NCBI GenBank assembly: GCA_049610685.1
Contig: JBMYZU010000011.1
Span: forward strand, 7,353 to 71,352
Source of the DNA: Chitinophagales bacterium
GTDB lineage: Bacteria > Bacteroidota > Bacteroidia > Chitinophagales > UBA8649
Length of the DNA: 64,000 nt
Direction: 5' to 3'
Shown one piece after another: positions 1 to 10,807 of the stretch. The notes beneath the pieces were generated by a model that was not told where the DNA came from, did not search any database, and saw nothing but the letters and a program-made list of their open reading frames with translations. Position numbers and translations under genes: made by a program. How positions within the stretch are numbered: position 1 is the first letter of the stretch; every line of letters starts with the position of its first letter.

Positions 1-159
1 ATTAAAACCTCAGAGCTTGTTCAGTGCAAGCGTGTACTAGGCATCCACTTTGATACGTTTGGATATATCGAGGTCGACCATGAAGAGGTCAAGGCCGATT
101 TCAAAAATGCAGGAATTGATTTCACCATGCTAGCCATTGGCGAGAGTATGAATATTTAA
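1..159 (+). CDS. 3' end of metal-dependent hydrolase (UPF0173/MBL-fold), partial
   Basis: Frame 1 reads [29 protein letters not shown]...GESMNI* with the GxHxDTF motif. This family typically precedes parA in Bacteroidota. Confidence 0.75.
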   Translation: MKTSELVQCKRVLGIHFDTFGYIEVDHEEVKADFKNAGIDFTMLAIGESMNI

Positions 160-184
160 AACCGGAAGGAAAACAAAGAAGAAC

Positions 185-973
185 ATGGGAAGAGTTATTG
201 CGATAACCAATCAAAAAGGAGGAGTAGGAAAAACATCTTCAGCAATCAACCTTGCGGCAAGCTTGGCAATTTTAGAGAAAAAGACCCTAATTATTGATGC
301 CGATCCTCAAGCAAATGCTACATCTGGTATTGGAATCAATCCTAAAGAGGTCAAACATGGACTTTATGAGTGTCTAGTTGGGGATGCGACGATTAAGGAT
401 TCGATTTTATCGACTGAAACGCCCCACTTGGATATTCTTCCATCCCATGTCGATTTGGTGGGTGCAGAAATTGAATTGATCAATGTCCCTTCACGAGAAC
501 GCATCATATCCAAACTCATTGACGGTGTTAGAGATTCCTATGATTTTATCCTTATTGATTGCTCGCCATCCCTAGGATTGATTACTGTCAATGCCTTAGC
601 AGCAGCTGATTCTGTGATTATACCTGTTCAAGCAGAGTATTTTGCCTTAGAAGGACTTGGTAAACTGCTTAATACCATCAAAATTGTCCAGAAACGCATC
701 AATGCAGACTTGCAGATTGAAGGAATTCTGATTACCATGTTCGACCAAAGGCTTCGATTGGCTAATGATGTAAATCAAGAGGTCCGTAAGCATTTTGAAG
801 AACTCGTTTTTGAGACAATAATTCATCGGAATACACGAATTGGTGAGGCGCCATCGGTTGGAAAGCCCGTAATCTTGTTTGATGCAAGCTCTAAAGGAGC
901 ACAAGACTATCTCAATTTGGCAAGAGAAATTTTGGTGAAGCACGGCCAAATCAGTGAAGCTGTTACAAGCTAA
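185..973 (+). CDS. parA: Chromosome partitioning ATPase ParA/Soj
   Basis: Deviant Walker [19 protein letters not shown] and IDCSPSLG; followed by parB. Confidence 0.96.
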   Translation: MGRVIAITNQKGGVGKTSSAINLAASLAILEKKTLIIDADPQANATSGIGINPKEVKHGLYECLVGDATIKDSILSTETPHLDILPSHVDLVGAEIELINVPSRERIISKLIDGVRDSYDFILIDCSPSLGLITVNALAAADSVIIPVQAEYFALEGLGKLLNTIKIVQKRINADLQIEGILITMFDQRLRLANDVNQEVRKHFEELVFETIIHRNTRIGEAPSVGKPVILFDASSKGAQDYLNLAREILVKHGQISEAVTS

Positions 974-990
974 CCCTTAAGACAGAAGTT

Positions 991-1881
991 ATGGCAAATG
1001 GAAAAAGAGAAGCAATGGGAAAAGGCATTCGTGCCTTACTCTCTGACATTGGAGAAACACCTAATACCAGTTCAGTAGGCAGCCTATCGGGGAGATCGAA
1101 AGGCATTGGAGAAGTACTTAACATTCCTATTCTTGAAATCAAAGTAAATCCCTTTCAGCCTCGTGTCGAATTTGACGATGAAAAACTGGCAGAACTGGCA
1201 GAATCCATTCGTATTCATGGTGTGGTTCAACCCTTAACCGTTCGAAGAGAATCAAGCGGGAAGATTGAGTTAATCGCTGGAGAGCGAAGACTCCGGGCAT
1301 CAAAACTAGCAGGACTATTAGAAGTTCCTTGTTATGTCAGAAATGCCAACGATCAAGAATCCCTTGAAATCGCCCTCATTGAGAACATACAGCGCGAAGA
1401 TCTCAATGCGCTTGAGGTAGGACGTAGTTATGAGCGGCTCCTTGAAGAATGTTCGTTAACCCACGAAGAGTTATCCCAACGACTCGGGAAAAAGCGTGCA
1501 ACAATCAGCAATTACCTTCGGCTTTTAAAACTTCCACCCGATGTACAAAATGCGTTAAGTGACCAACGTATCTCTATGGGACATGCTCGTGCACTAGCTG
1601 GCTTAGAGGATGTATTACTGCAACTCGACCTGCTCCATGAAATTCTAAGTGATAATTTATCCGTTCGGGAAGTTGAACGGCGTATCGCGAGTTTAGCTAA
1701 GCGTAAACCCAAGGCAAAAAACAAAAAGAAATCTCCATCATTTAAGGCCATGGAAGAAAAACTTTCCTCCCAGTGGAGCACCCGAGTTCGTCTCAATCAA
1801 AAGGCCAATGGATCAGGAGAGATGAGCGTATACTTTCATAATGAAGAAGACTTACAACGTATTCTTGATTTATTGCAATAA
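991..1881 (+). CDS. parB: Chromosome partitioning protein ParB/Spo0J
   Basis: NPFQPR, LIAGERRLRA and ALIENIQREDLN motifs plus HTH. Confidence 0.96.
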   Translation: MANGKREAMGKGIRALLSDIGETPNTSSVGSLSGRSKGIGEVLNIPILEIKVNPFQPRVEFDDEKLAELAESIRIHGVVQPLTVRRESSGKIELIAGERRLRASKLAGLLEVPCYVRNANDQESLEIALIENIQREDLNALEVGRSYERLLEECSLTHEELSQRLGKKRATISNYLRLLKLPPDVQNALSDQRISMGHARALAGLEDVLLQLDLLHEILSDNLSVREVERRIASLAKRKPKAKNKKKSPSFKAMEEKLSSQWSTRVRLNQKANGSGEMSVYFHNEEDLQRILDLLQ

Positions 1882-1885
1882 CTGT

Positions 1886-2494
1886 ATGATGGGCGCTTCG
1901 TTACGCAACAAGCTAAGCCTACTGTTTATACTCTTGTTGGCATCCAGTCTTCAAGCCCAAGAGGACATTATAGATACATCCCAATCAGCAAAGGATAGCG
2001 TGCTTACCCTGTCCGAGGAAACAGTTGACGATTCCTTTCATCCTAAAGACTTTAAGCGAGCCATCCTTTGGGCAAGTACCTTGCCAGGAGCAGGTCAAGC
2101 TTACAATGAAAAATATTGGAAGATGCCCATTGTATATGGTAGCCTCGGAGGAATAACCTATTGGTTGGTTAGCGGTGTTAAAGATTTTCGATGTTATCGC
2201 GGTGCGCTAAGAGCTTTGAATGATGATGATCCCAGTAACGATCTAGGGTGTAATGGATTTACATCCTCAAGCGCCTTACGACTCAAGCGAGAATCCAGTC
2301 GGCGAGAAATTGACTATGGAGTGTTGCTCCTTAGCTTAGGGTATGCACTGCAAATCATGGATGCCGCTGTAGATGCAAGGCTCAGTCATTTCCAAGTTGA
2401 TGATGATATTCTGCTCACTTGGAATCCTATCGTTTTGCCAAGCCCCTTGGGAAGCCCAATCGTGGGATTATCTGTATCATTACATTTAGAGTAA
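1886..2494 (+). CDS. DUF5683-like membrane/exported protein
   Basis: Signal peptide and LPGAGQAYNEKYWKMPIVY motif; usual position between parB and dapB. Start moved to ATG 1886. Confidence 0.8.
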   Translation: MMGASLRNKLSLLFILLLASSLQAQEDIIDTSQSAKDSVLTLSEETVDDSFHPKDFKRAILWASTLPGAGQAYNEKYWKMPIVYGSLGGITYWLVSGVKDFRCYRGALRALNDDDPSNDLGCNGFTSSSALRLKRESSRREIDYGVLLLSLGYALQIMDAAVDARLSHFQVDDDILLTWNPIVLPSPLGSPIVGLSVSLHLE

Positions 2495-2504
2495 AATCAA
2501 TTCT

Positions 2505-3239
2505 ATGCGTGTCGCTTTACTTGGTTATGGGAAAATGGGCAAGGCTCTCCACAAAACCCTTGAAGAACAGGGCCATACAATCGGCTTTATCCATGAGACG
2601 CAAGACGCTATTGAGGTATCTGATACACTCTTATCTTGTGATGTAGCTATTGAATTCACAGGTCCAGAAAACGCCGTTCAAAATTTAATTTTCTGTGCTG
2701 AGCAAGGACTACCTATCGTATCTGGAACCACAGGTTGGCTCGATCAATGGAACAAGGTGCATACAGCACAGCAAAACCATCAGGCTAAAATTCTCTATGG
2801 AAGTAATTTTAGTTTAGGCGTCCAGTTGTTTTTAGAAGCTGCCAAGAACTTAGCCCAACTTATGAAGGATCGGGGTGACTTCAAACTTCACCTGGAAGAA
2901 ACGCATCATCTAGAAAAAAAAGACGCCCCTAGTGGCACAGCAATTAGCCTTTTTGATGCCTTGAAACAAGGTGACTCATCGCTAAATCAATGGTCATTAG
3001 ACAATGACACACCTCATGATACGAATGGGGATACGACCACTATAAAAGCCTTCCGGGAACAAGGAGCCATTGGGAACCATCAGGCCATATGGGATAGCGC
3101 AATTGATTATATCAAACTTGAACATCATGCCAAAAACCGACAAGGCTTTGTACAAGGAGCTATTGATTCTGCAGAATGGTTGATTCAACAGCAAAAACCC
3201 GGTTTGTACTCTGTTCGGGATGTATTGGGATTGACGTAA
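2505..3239 (+). CDS. dapB: 4-hydroxy-tetrahydrodipicolinate reductase
   Basis: GYGKMG, EFTGP, SGTTGW and ETHHLEKKDAPSGTA motifs. Confidence 0.95.
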   Translation: MRVALLGYGKMGKALHKTLEEQGHTIGFIHETQDAIEVSDTLLSCDVAIEFTGPENAVQNLIFCAEQGLPIVSGTTGWLDQWNKVHTAQQNHQAKILYGSNFSLGVQLFLEAAKNLAQLMKDRGDFKLHLEETHHLEKKDAPSGTAISLFDALKQGDSSLNQWSLDNDTPHDTNGDTTTIKAFREQGAIGNHQAIWDSAIDYIKLEHHAKNRQGFVQGAIDSAEWLIQQQKPGLYSVRDVLGLT

Positions 3240-3248
3240 ATTCGAAGG

Positions 3249-4895
3249 ATGATTGCAACTATCATAATACTCTTACTCACCGCCGGCTATCTCGCTGGAT
3301 TATATCGTTTTTTTGAACAAGCGGGCTACAAGGGCTATCACGCCCTAATCCCTGTCTACAGAGCATGGATTTTACTTAACCATTTTAATAAGCGAAAATG
3401 GTGGGTTGTATTTGCCGTCTTACCCGGCTTTAACCTTTTTTTATACGCTCACTTTATTGGAGAAATTTGTGATAGCTACCGTAAGTATTCCTTTTGGGAG
3501 CACAATGGTGCGGTGCTTTTTGGGTGGGTCCTCCTCCCTTATTGGGGGTGGTCAAAAGATGTGGCCTACCATGGAATAGGTGGAGTTTCCGAAGGAGAAA
3601 GACGCCCTCTTCGCAATAAAGGTCGAGAATGGGCTGATGCCATCTTGTTTGCCGTTTTTGCCGCGTATTTTATTCGGACATTCTTTATCGAATTGTATAC
3701 GATTCCTACCTCGTCTATGGAAGACAGTTTACTCGTAGGTGATTTCCTGTTTGTGAGTAAAATGCACTACGGTCCGCGAGTTCCCCAAACTCCAATTGCC
3801 TTTCCACTTGTCCATCATACTTTCCCTAAGATCCTTGGAGGAGGGCAAGCATACTTCTCCAAGCCACAACTCCCTTATTATCGATTGCCAGGCTTTCAAG
3901 ACGTTCAAAGAAATGATCTAGTCGTCTTTAACTTTCCGGCAAATGACACGCTCACCTTGGAGTTCCAGAGCCAAGTGACCTATTATGACCTTGTCCGGCG
4001 AGCCTACTATGACCCATCGAACGGTATTACCACATGGGATCAAGCCCGAAATGCCATTGAGCAAAATTTTAGAGTGATTAGCCGACCTGTTGACAAGCGT
4101 GAAAACTATATCAAACGCTGTGTGGGAGTTGCCGGCGACACCCTGTCAATTCGCAACGACACCTTGTTTATTGATGGCGAGGTAGCCTACGAACCAGAAC
4201 ACGTCCAATATTCCTATCGGATCAAGCGAACGGAAGATTTTAGTGTCCAAAAACTCATTGATGCGGACATCTATTTCAACCGAAATGCTCCAAATGGTGG
4301 ACATGAAATCATGGAAACAGCGGATGGATACGTCCAATTTAACGCGTCCAAAGATAACTTGGAGGCATTATGTAAAACGATGGACTGCGAATCAAACCCA
4401 CCGAAACGAGTCGATTTTGAGGCCTTTATGAAGCGAACAGCACAAAGTACTTGGGAGGGTCAGTCCGCATTAAAATACTATCCGCATAATGAGCGCTTCG
4501 GTGAGAAGTTTAGCTTATCCAACTATGGCCCAATTATTATCCCCGCAAAAGGCATGACCATCAACCTAAAGGACAGCCTCAATTTTGCCTTATACAAACG
4601 AGTTATAGAAGCCTACGAGGGGCATACTTTACGCCGCAACTCCGGAAATGTCATCTTAATTGATGGAAAAGAGCAAGACTCCTACACTTTTGAAATGAAC
4701 TACTACTGGATGATGGGCGACAATCGACATGGTAGTCAGGATAGCCGATTTTGGGGCTTTGTACCCGAAGATCATATTGTTGGAAAAGCCTGGTTTGTCT
4801 TATTTTCCTTGAATGCTGATCAAAATTGGTTTACCGGTAGAAAAGTTCGTTGGAAACGTTTCTTTCTCCCTATTCATTGGCGACTAGCTGGATAA
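3249..4895 (+). CDS. lepB: Signal peptidase I with N-terminal membrane (DUF5684-like) domain
   Basis: Catalytic Ser in IPTSSMED, Lys in YIKRCVG, and MMGDNRHGSQDSRFWG. Confidence 0.93.
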   Translation: MIATIIILLLTAGYLAGLYRFFEQAGYKGYHALIPVYRAWILLNHFNKRKWWVVFAVLPGFNLFLYAHFIGEICDSYRKYSFWEHNGAVLFGWVLLPYWGWSKDVAYHGIGGVSEGERRPLRNKGREWADAILFAVFAAYFIRTFFIELYTIPTSSMEDSLLVGDFLFVSKMHYGPRVPQTPIAFPLVHHTFPKILGGGQAYFSKPQLPYYRLPGFQDVQRNDLVVFNFPANDTLTLEFQSQVTYYDLVRRAYYDPSNGITTWDQARNAIEQNFRVISRPVDKRENYIKRCVGVAGDTLSIRNDTLFIDGEVAYEPEHVQYSYRIKRTEDFSVQKLIDADIYFNRNAPNGGHEIMETADGYVQFNASKDNLEALCKTMDCESNPPKRVDFEAFMKRTAQSTWEGQSALKYYPHNERFGEKFSLSNYGPIIIPAKGMTINLKDSLNFALYKRVIEAYEGHTLRRNSGNVILIDGKEQDSYTFEMNYYWMMGDNRHGSQDSRFWGFVPEDHIVGKAWFVLFSLNADQNWFTGRKVRWKRFFLPIHWRLAG

Positions 4896-4917
4896 CTCGC
4901 CGTTTTAATCAAATCAT

Positions 4918-5517
4918 ATGCTTCGTTACCTCTTCATCTTAACCATATTACTCTTATCTGGAAGCCTCCTCTTTGCACAAGATCCTGTAGAAATCTCTTC
5001 GAGTAATTTCGAAGATACAAGTCAGGCTGTCCGTCCAAACGACCAATGGCTTGAAGAAGAATCATTGAGTGAGTCCATGCTCAAGAATATGTTTATCGAA
5101 CAATGCAATCAGAAAGGAGATATGCTACTCTATTGCATGTGCACTTACAATAATATCATCACAGAATTTGGATCCCTGTTGGACATGCCCGAATCATTTA
5201 TTGAATCCTCCGACTTCCAAACGCGGATCACATTGCCCTGTATGGAATATATCGATATAACTCAAACGGGCCCCCAAAGGAAAGCGGCTAATGAACTCAA
5301 TGAAGAGGAAGAAATGATCCGAGAGGCATATATGATGTCCTGTGACCCAGATGGTTACATGACTGAATTTTGTGACTGCACGTATCAAAACTTATCCGCA
5401 CGATTTGGCCCCATGCTTGATAGCCCAGATGGATATATAGAGTCAGAGGCATTTCAAAATGAGATTGTCATGCCATGTATCGATTATTTTCCCATAGACC
5501 AGGGAGTTGATTACTAG
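4918..5517 (+). CDS. Secreted acidic protein with two tandem 4-Cys repeats, unknown function
   Basis: Signal peptide; C-x9-C-x-C-x32-C pattern twice at a 79-aa offset. Confidence 0.75.
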   Translation: MLRYLFILTILLLSGSLLFAQDPVEISSSNFEDTSQAVRPNDQWLEEESLSESMLKNMFIEQCNQKGDMLLYCMCTYNNIITEFGSLLDMPESFIESSDFQTRITLPCMEYIDITQTGPQRKAANELNEEEEMIREAYMMSCDPDGYMTEFCDCTYQNLSARFGPMLDSPDGYIESEAFQNEIVMPCIDYFPIDQGVDY

Positions 5518-7079
5518 TCCTCAACAAGAATGTGAATTCCTTGGCTAAAAGGATTGAACGTATTAATCAGTACTTCTTTGCTATGGCTTTTCTTCACAAC
5601 TAGCGATAGCGCCGAGGCATAGCGCTCCTGTAAAACACCTTCCGGCCTTACTATATTGGTCAACCTCGTCCAATCTGAAATCATTTGAGGATGTTGTTGT
5701 TTTAAATGACGTTTGGTTTTTTGGAGAAGTGTTGTATTTAGCTTATTCATCTTAGACCACGCACCTTCATACGCCTTCCCCAATCCTTCTTCCTTAGCAT
5801 GTGCATAGGCAGCTAACTCCTCGCCCTTTGCATTCCATGATTTACTCGCTTCAATGATTGGCCTAAGATCGTCGGCAAAAGCCTTTTCAAGATAGACATC
5901 CTGCCATGCGAGATCCCCAAGAACTAGGGATTCCCAAGAAGCTGCATAGTTCTCCTGCAAATCAATCGTGCTTTGATTCACTGTAATGCATTGATCGCGT
6001 AACAGCACCTGAGGATAATGCACATTGAGCATGGTAAATGCAGGGGCAAGTTGAAGCCAATAGGCTACTTCACTTGGACCACCGATAAACGATATATTGG
6101 GTAAAATAGATTGCTGATAGATTGGACGTAACACAACATTAGGGCTAAAGGCCTCAGGATTACGCACACACTTATTGCACCATGACTCGACTTGACTTAC
6201 ATCATTTTTATCGAGCTCCACACGCTGTCTAACGCCATTTTCAAAATGAAAGAGATTGGTTTCCCGTACGTGAAGTGGCATAGAAAACGCAGCAAACACC
6301 CCTTCATCAGACTCTTTTATGCAAGTCTGCAAGCTATCTGTCCTCAACTCGTTCAGCATAATGGGCGTAAACAACTTTTTAAGGCGATGATCATCAGCAT
6401 TTATCACGATGAGTTCCTCGTCTTGAAAGAGCTGGTAAAGAGCCGTCTGCCATAACGTAGCATAGGTTGTATTCTTCTTCGTCTTCCATGCGTCAAGTTG
6501 GCCTTGGAGTTTTACTAATTCTTCACGGGTTAACGACGATGTTGCTACACTCATGACTTCATCAATCGCTTGATCTAGTCCTTGAGTTGACATCCGCCCC
6601 ACAGCATTCCCCTGCTCTTGTTCCCACTGCACCGTTTTTCCTTCCCAATGTATATGGTTGATTTCCTCAAAGTCATGGTCTTCACTGCCCATCCAAAACA
6701 CTGGATAGACATGATTTTCCTTGCTGGTCAACATTTTTGCTGCTTTGATCGCACTCAATGCCTTGAAATACAAATACCTAGGACCAAAAAATAAACACGA
6801 TTGGTGCGCAGTACATACGGTAAACGCATTGTCATGCAGCAAATCATCAATAGCTCTACGTGCCTTGCTGCCTGCTTGGCTTTGTTCTGCTTGTTCCTTA
6901 AGCACTTTAACAAGTACTTCCCTATTCCATTGAATTCCTTTTGCATTGGTTAATCCTAATCGAGCACCCGCTTCATCGGGTGCAACAGTAGGTAGCGATA
7001 GCCTATCATTAAAATATGCCTCCAAAAGAGGAGTTGAAAAAGCAGTGTGTCTTGGTAATCGAAGGAGAGACTTCGTCAT
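5514..7079 (-). CDS. bshC: Bacillithiol biosynthesis cysteine-adding enzyme BshC
   Basis: TAHQ..LFFGP.Y, PVFWMGSEDHDFEEINH, FSPNVVLRPIYQ, GGPSEVAYW and LQER motifs. Confidence 0.9.
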   Translation of the reverse strand: MTKSLLRLPRHTAFSTPLLEAYFNDRLSLPTVAPDEAGARLGLTNAKGIQWNREVLVKVLKEQAEQSQAGSKARRAIDDLLHDNAFTVCTAHQSCLFFGPRYLYFKALSAIKAAKMLTSKENHVYPVFWMGSEDHDFEEINHIHWEGKTVQWEQEQGNAVGRMSTQGLDQAIDEVMSVATSSLTREELVKLQGQLDAWKTKKNTTYATLWQTALYQLFQDEELIVINADDHRLKKLFTPIMLNELRTDSLQTCIKESDEGVFAAFSMPLHVRETNLFHFENGVRQRVELDKNDVSQVESWCNKCVRNPEAFSPNVVLRPIYQQSILPNISFIGGPSEVAYWLQLAPAFTMLNVHYPQVLLRDQCITVNQSTIDLQENYAASWESLVLGDLAWQDVYLEKAFADDLRPIIEASKSWNAKGEELAAYAHAKEEGLGKAYEGAWSKMNKLNTTLLQKTKRHLKQQHPQMISDWTRLTNIVRPEGVLQERYASALSLVVKKSHSKEVLINTFNPFSQGIHILVED

Positions 7080-7081
7080 AA

Positions 7082-8374
7082 CTAGACCATTTCACCACGT
7101 AATGAAAAGGCATCAGCCTCGGTAATCTTTACCTGAATCATTTGCCCCACGGGAGCGTAGTTGTCACCCGTTTGAATAAAGATGTCATTATCCACTTCTG
7201 GAGAATCCCACTGACTTCTCCCAATGGCATTGCCTTCCGCATCAACTTCATCGACTAGAGCGGTAATTATCTGGCCAACATGTTTTTGATTATGGTTGTA
7301 TGAGATACCCTCCTGAACTTCCATAACGTGCGACGCTCTCTCTGCCTTAACTTCTTGCGGCACATCATCGTCTAATTTGTGTCCATGAGTACCTTCTTCA
7401 TGAGAATAGGTAAAGACACCCAGTCTATTAAACTGCATTTCTTCAATAAAATCAATCAATTGCTCATGATCTTCCTCAGTTTCTCCTGGATAGCCAACAA
7501 GCATAGTTGTACGCAGGCAGATTTCAGGATGAATTTCACGTATGCGGGCAATCAACTCTCTCGATTTTTCTTGGGTAATGTTTCTTCTCATCCTACGTAG
7601 GACTTCATTGCTTGCATGTTGCAAGGGCATATCCAAGTAATCACAAACAACCTTTTCGTCGCGAATAACTTCAATAACATCAATCGGAAACTGACTAGGA
7701 TAGGCATAGTGCAGTCGCAGCCAATGGAGTCCTTCGATCTGCGCTAAACGTTGCACTAATTCTGCTAAGACTCTCTTTTTATATAAATCAAGTCCGTAAA
7801 AAGTTAATTCTTGAGCGATAAGCATGACCTCTTTTACTCCTTTGGACACCCAATGTTTAATCTCATGTTCGATTTCTTCCATTGGACGGCTTATATGTTT
7901 ACCCCGCATCAGGGGAATAGCACAAAAGCCGCAGGTTCTATTACAACCTTCGGAGATTTTCACATAGGCATAATGGGATGGTGTGGTTAATCGCTTACTA
8001 CCCAGTAGGTCTTTTCTGTAATCAACATTAAACTCCTCTAGAAGCAATGGTAACTCAACGGTTCCAAAAAAACCATCCACTTCAGGAAGTTCTTGAATAA
8101 GGTCATCGCGATATCGCTGAGAAAGGCAGCCTGTCACATAGAGTTTCTCAATCTCCCCTGCCTTCTTCCGCTCAACTTGGTGCAAAATGGTTTCAACACT
8201 CTCTTCTTTAGCTAAATCGATAAAGCCACACGTATTGACCACAACAATATCATGGTCATCACGCATTTCACTTGCCGCAGCAAGTCCAGCATGATTTAAC
8301 TGGCCAAGTAAAACCTCTGAATCTGAAAGGTTCTTGGAGCATCCCAGGGTAATTACATTGACTCGCTTTTGCAT
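7082..8374 (-). CDS. rimO: Ribosomal protein S12 methylthiotransferase RimO
   Basis: LGCSKN, NTCGFI, radical SAM CNRTCGFC, C-terminal TRAM domain with SPEVD. Confidence 0.95.
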   Translation of the reverse strand: MQKRVNVITLGCSKNLSDSEVLLGQLNHAGLAAASEMRDDHDIVVVNTCGFIDLAKEESVETILHQVERKKAGEIEKLYVTGCLSQRYRDDLIQELPEVDGFFGTVELPLLLEEFNVDYRKDLLGSKRLTTPSHYAYVKISEGCNRTCGFCAIPLMRGKHISRPMEEIEHEIKHWVSKGVKEVMLIAQELTFYGLDLYKKRVLAELVQRLAQIEGLHWLRLHYAYPSQFPIDVIEVIRDEKVVCDYLDMPLQHASNEVLRRMRRNITQEKSRELIARIREIHPEICLRTTMLVGYPGETEEDHEQLIDFIEEMQFNRLGVFTYSHEEGTHGHKLDDDVPQEVKAERASHVMEVQEGISYNHNQKHVGQIITALVDEVDAEGNAIGRSQWDSPEVDNDIFIQTGDNYAPVGQMIQVKITEADAFSLRGEMV

Positions 8375-8520
8375 ATTTTCTTCTTGACAGGCGCGTTAAA
8401 ACAAGACAAAGGTCGTAAAAGTCTTGCACTCTATGGTTTATCAACTATTTCTCCGAGGATAACTGCTTGCTCTTTTTTTACAAAAAGGAACTTATTTTTA
8501 CAATTCGATGTTTCACCACT

Positions 8521-9858
8521 ATGAGCAAGTCGAACAAACGTATATCAGGGTTTTCAAAAATGTCCAAGCGAGAAAAAATCACTTGGATGGCCCAAAATGT
8601 GTTGTATACGAATCCCATCGACTTAGCTAAAGACTTCGCACAGTTTTGGCATGACAACGTAGAACATCAAAAAGTTTTTGAAGGGTTTTCAGAAAACACG
8701 ATTTCCAACTTTCATTTGCCTTTTGGTCTCGCCCCAAATTTTGTAATCAATGGGAAGGATTACGCCATTCCTATGGTCATTGAAGAAAGCTCAGTGGTTG
8801 CGGCCTGCTCCCATGCAGCTAAATTTTGGGCTGAGCGTGGAGGGTTTAAGACGTCTATTATCAATACGACGAAAGTAGGTCATGTACATTTTCTTTTTGA
8901 AGGGGAGCCTCATGAAATGGAAGCCGCCTTCCAGCGCATGCGTCCAGCACTGCTTGAAGCCGTCAAGGATCTCACGGCCAATATGGAAAATAGAGGGGGT
9001 GGCATAAAAGACCTCTTCCTTAAAGACAAGACAAAAGACATCCCGAATTATTATCAACTCGAAGGACATTTTGATACTGTAGACTCCATGGGTGCAAACT
9101 TTATCAATAGCATTCTCGAAGCATGGTCTGAAGTATTAGTGCATTCCATTCAGGAGGATTCATCGCTAAAAGAGTCATCCCGAGATGCAGAAGTAATTAT
9201 GTCCATTCTCTCCAATTACACCCCTGACTGTAGAGTACGAGCAGAAGTTTCCTGCCCAGTGGATGATCTCGGGCACTTTAAACAAGGAGAAATATCTCCA
9301 CAGCAGTTTGCTAAACGTTTTGCCTATGCAGTTGCCATGGCTGAATGTGATCCGTATCGTGCAACTACGCATAATAAGGGCATCATGAACGGTATCGATG
9401 CGGTTATTCTAGCTACTGGTAATGATTTTAGAGCGGTAGAAGCGGGTGCCCATGCATACGCTGCTAGAAATGGTCAATATAGTAGCCTAACACACTGTAG
9501 TGTCGAAGATGGCCAGTTTCGCTTCTTCATTGAATTACCCCTTGCCATCGGAACGGTTGGTGGTTTAACCAAACTTCACCCACTGGCCAAAAAGTCTTTA
9601 GAAATTCTTGGACAACCGAGCGCTGAAGAGCTCATGCAAATTGTGGCAACAGTCGGGCTTGCTCAAAATTTTGGTGCGGTTAAGGCCCTGACCACTAGTG
9701 GAATTCAAGCGGGGCACATGAAGATGCACTTGACCAATATCTTGAATTCGCTAAAGGCAACTACGCAACAGACAGAAGCCGCCGTAGAATACTTTCAAGA
9801 TAAAGTAGTTTCCTACAGCGCAGTTCGTGCCTACCTCCTCGAACACGGCAATGGCTAA
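8521..9858 (+). CDS. mvaA: Class II hydroxymethylglutaryl-CoA reductase
   Basis: EESSVVAA, DSMGANFIN, THNKGIMNGIDA, GNDFRAVEA and GIQAGHM motifs. Start taken at ATG 8521. Confidence 0.94.
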   Translation: MSKSNKRISGFSKMSKREKITWMAQNVLYTNPIDLAKDFAQFWHDNVEHQKVFEGFSENTISNFHLPFGLAPNFVINGKDYAIPMVIEESSVVAACSHAAKFWAERGGFKTSIINTTKVGHVHFLFEGEPHEMEAAFQRMRPALLEAVKDLTANMENRGGGIKDLFLKDKTKDIPNYYQLEGHFDTVDSMGANFINSILEAWSEVLVHSIQEDSSLKESSRDAEVIMSILSNYTPDCRVRAEVSCPVDDLGHFKQGEISPQQFAKRFAYAVAMAECDPYRATTHNKGIMNGIDAVILATGNDFRAVEAGAHAYAARNGQYSSLTHCSVEDGQFRFFIELPLAIGTVGGLTKLHPLAKKSLEILGQPSAEELMQIVATVGLAQNFGAVKALTTSGIQAGHMKMHLTNILNSLKATTQQTEAAVEYFQDKVVSYSAVRAYLLEHGNG

Positions 9859-10807
9859 TACACCAACACAATCTACTCAACGTGGTAATGGTAAACTACT
9901 TATCACAGGTGAGTATCTTGTATTGGATGGAGCCTTGGCCCTCGCTCTACCCGTCTCACTGGGTCAAAGCCTAGAATTCACTTACAGCATGGAAGCTAGT
10001 GATACGCTCCTCTGGAAAAGCTTAGACAACCAGGGGAAAGAATGGGTCAATAAGAGCTTTAACAAGTCAGGAGAATCATCGTTTGAAACTGCGGATGATC
10101 AATCATTTCATGCCTTGCTTGATCATACCGTCTTTCAGGATAAAAAATTAGCCGCGGTAACCTGTCGCTTAGCCTTTGACCGCCAATGGGGTCTTGGCTC
10201 TTCATCCACCTTGATTTATTGCCTAGCAAATCACTACCAATGCAATCCTTACGAACTCTCTGCGAAGAGCTTCGGTGGATCAGGCTATGACATTGCTTGT
10301 GCAGGACATCAATCTCCCATACTTTATCAGCGAAATCTTGAAGCAGTGTATTCACCTACTGTTCAGCAAGCGACATGGGCACCCAATTTTACCAACCAAA
10401 TCTACTTTATCTATTTAGGAAAAAAACAAAACTCCAGAGATGCCATTGCCCATTACAAGCAGTTAAATCAATCTGAGAAGCCAATACATGCAATGAACGA
10501 GCTCACTAAATCCATTAACGACAGTGCCGACTTTATGGAGACAGCCTATTTGATTCAAAAGCATGAACGCCTGATGGCTTCCGTATTAAAAACTCCCTGT
10601 CTCGACGAGAAGCTGTGGAAAGACTCTGCTCTGGTATCTAAAAGTCTGGGGGCATGGGGAGGTGATTTTTGTATGGTCTTGTTTCAAGGCCCAATTGGTG
10701 ATTTAAGCAAAATAGCATCAAGACATGGTCTAGATACGGTACTTCCCTGGTCGTATTTTAGTTTTGAGTCGCCTAAACCTTCTGTTTCAAGTACCTTTAG
10801 CTCATGA
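9851..10807 (+). CDS. GYDIA-family GHMP kinase (probable phosphomevalonate kinase)
   Basis: GKLLITGEY, WGLGSSST, GSGYDIACA and KSLGAWGGD motifs; lies within the mevalonate cluster. Confidence 0.85.
   Translation: MANTPTQSTQRGNGKLLITGEYLVLDGALALALPVSLGQSLEFTYSMEASDTLLWKSLDNQGKEWVNKSFNKSGESSFETADDQSFHALLDHTVFQDKKLAAVTCRLAFDRQWGLGSSSTLIYCLANHYQCNPYELSAKSFGGSGYDIACAGHQSPILYQRNLEAVYSPTVQQATWAPNFTNQIYFIYLGKKQNSRDAIAHYKQLNQSEKPIHAMNELTKSINDSADFMETAYLIQKHERLMASVLKTPCLDEKLWKDSALVSKSLGAWGGDFCMVLFQGPIGDLSKIASRHGLDTVLPWSYFSFESPKPSVSSTFSS

Noticed and set aside
185..1881. Plasmid or ICE partition system; parS site
   Set aside because: Standard chromosomal parA-parB-dapB-lepB context; no full GTTYCACGTGRAAC palindrome was seen by eye.
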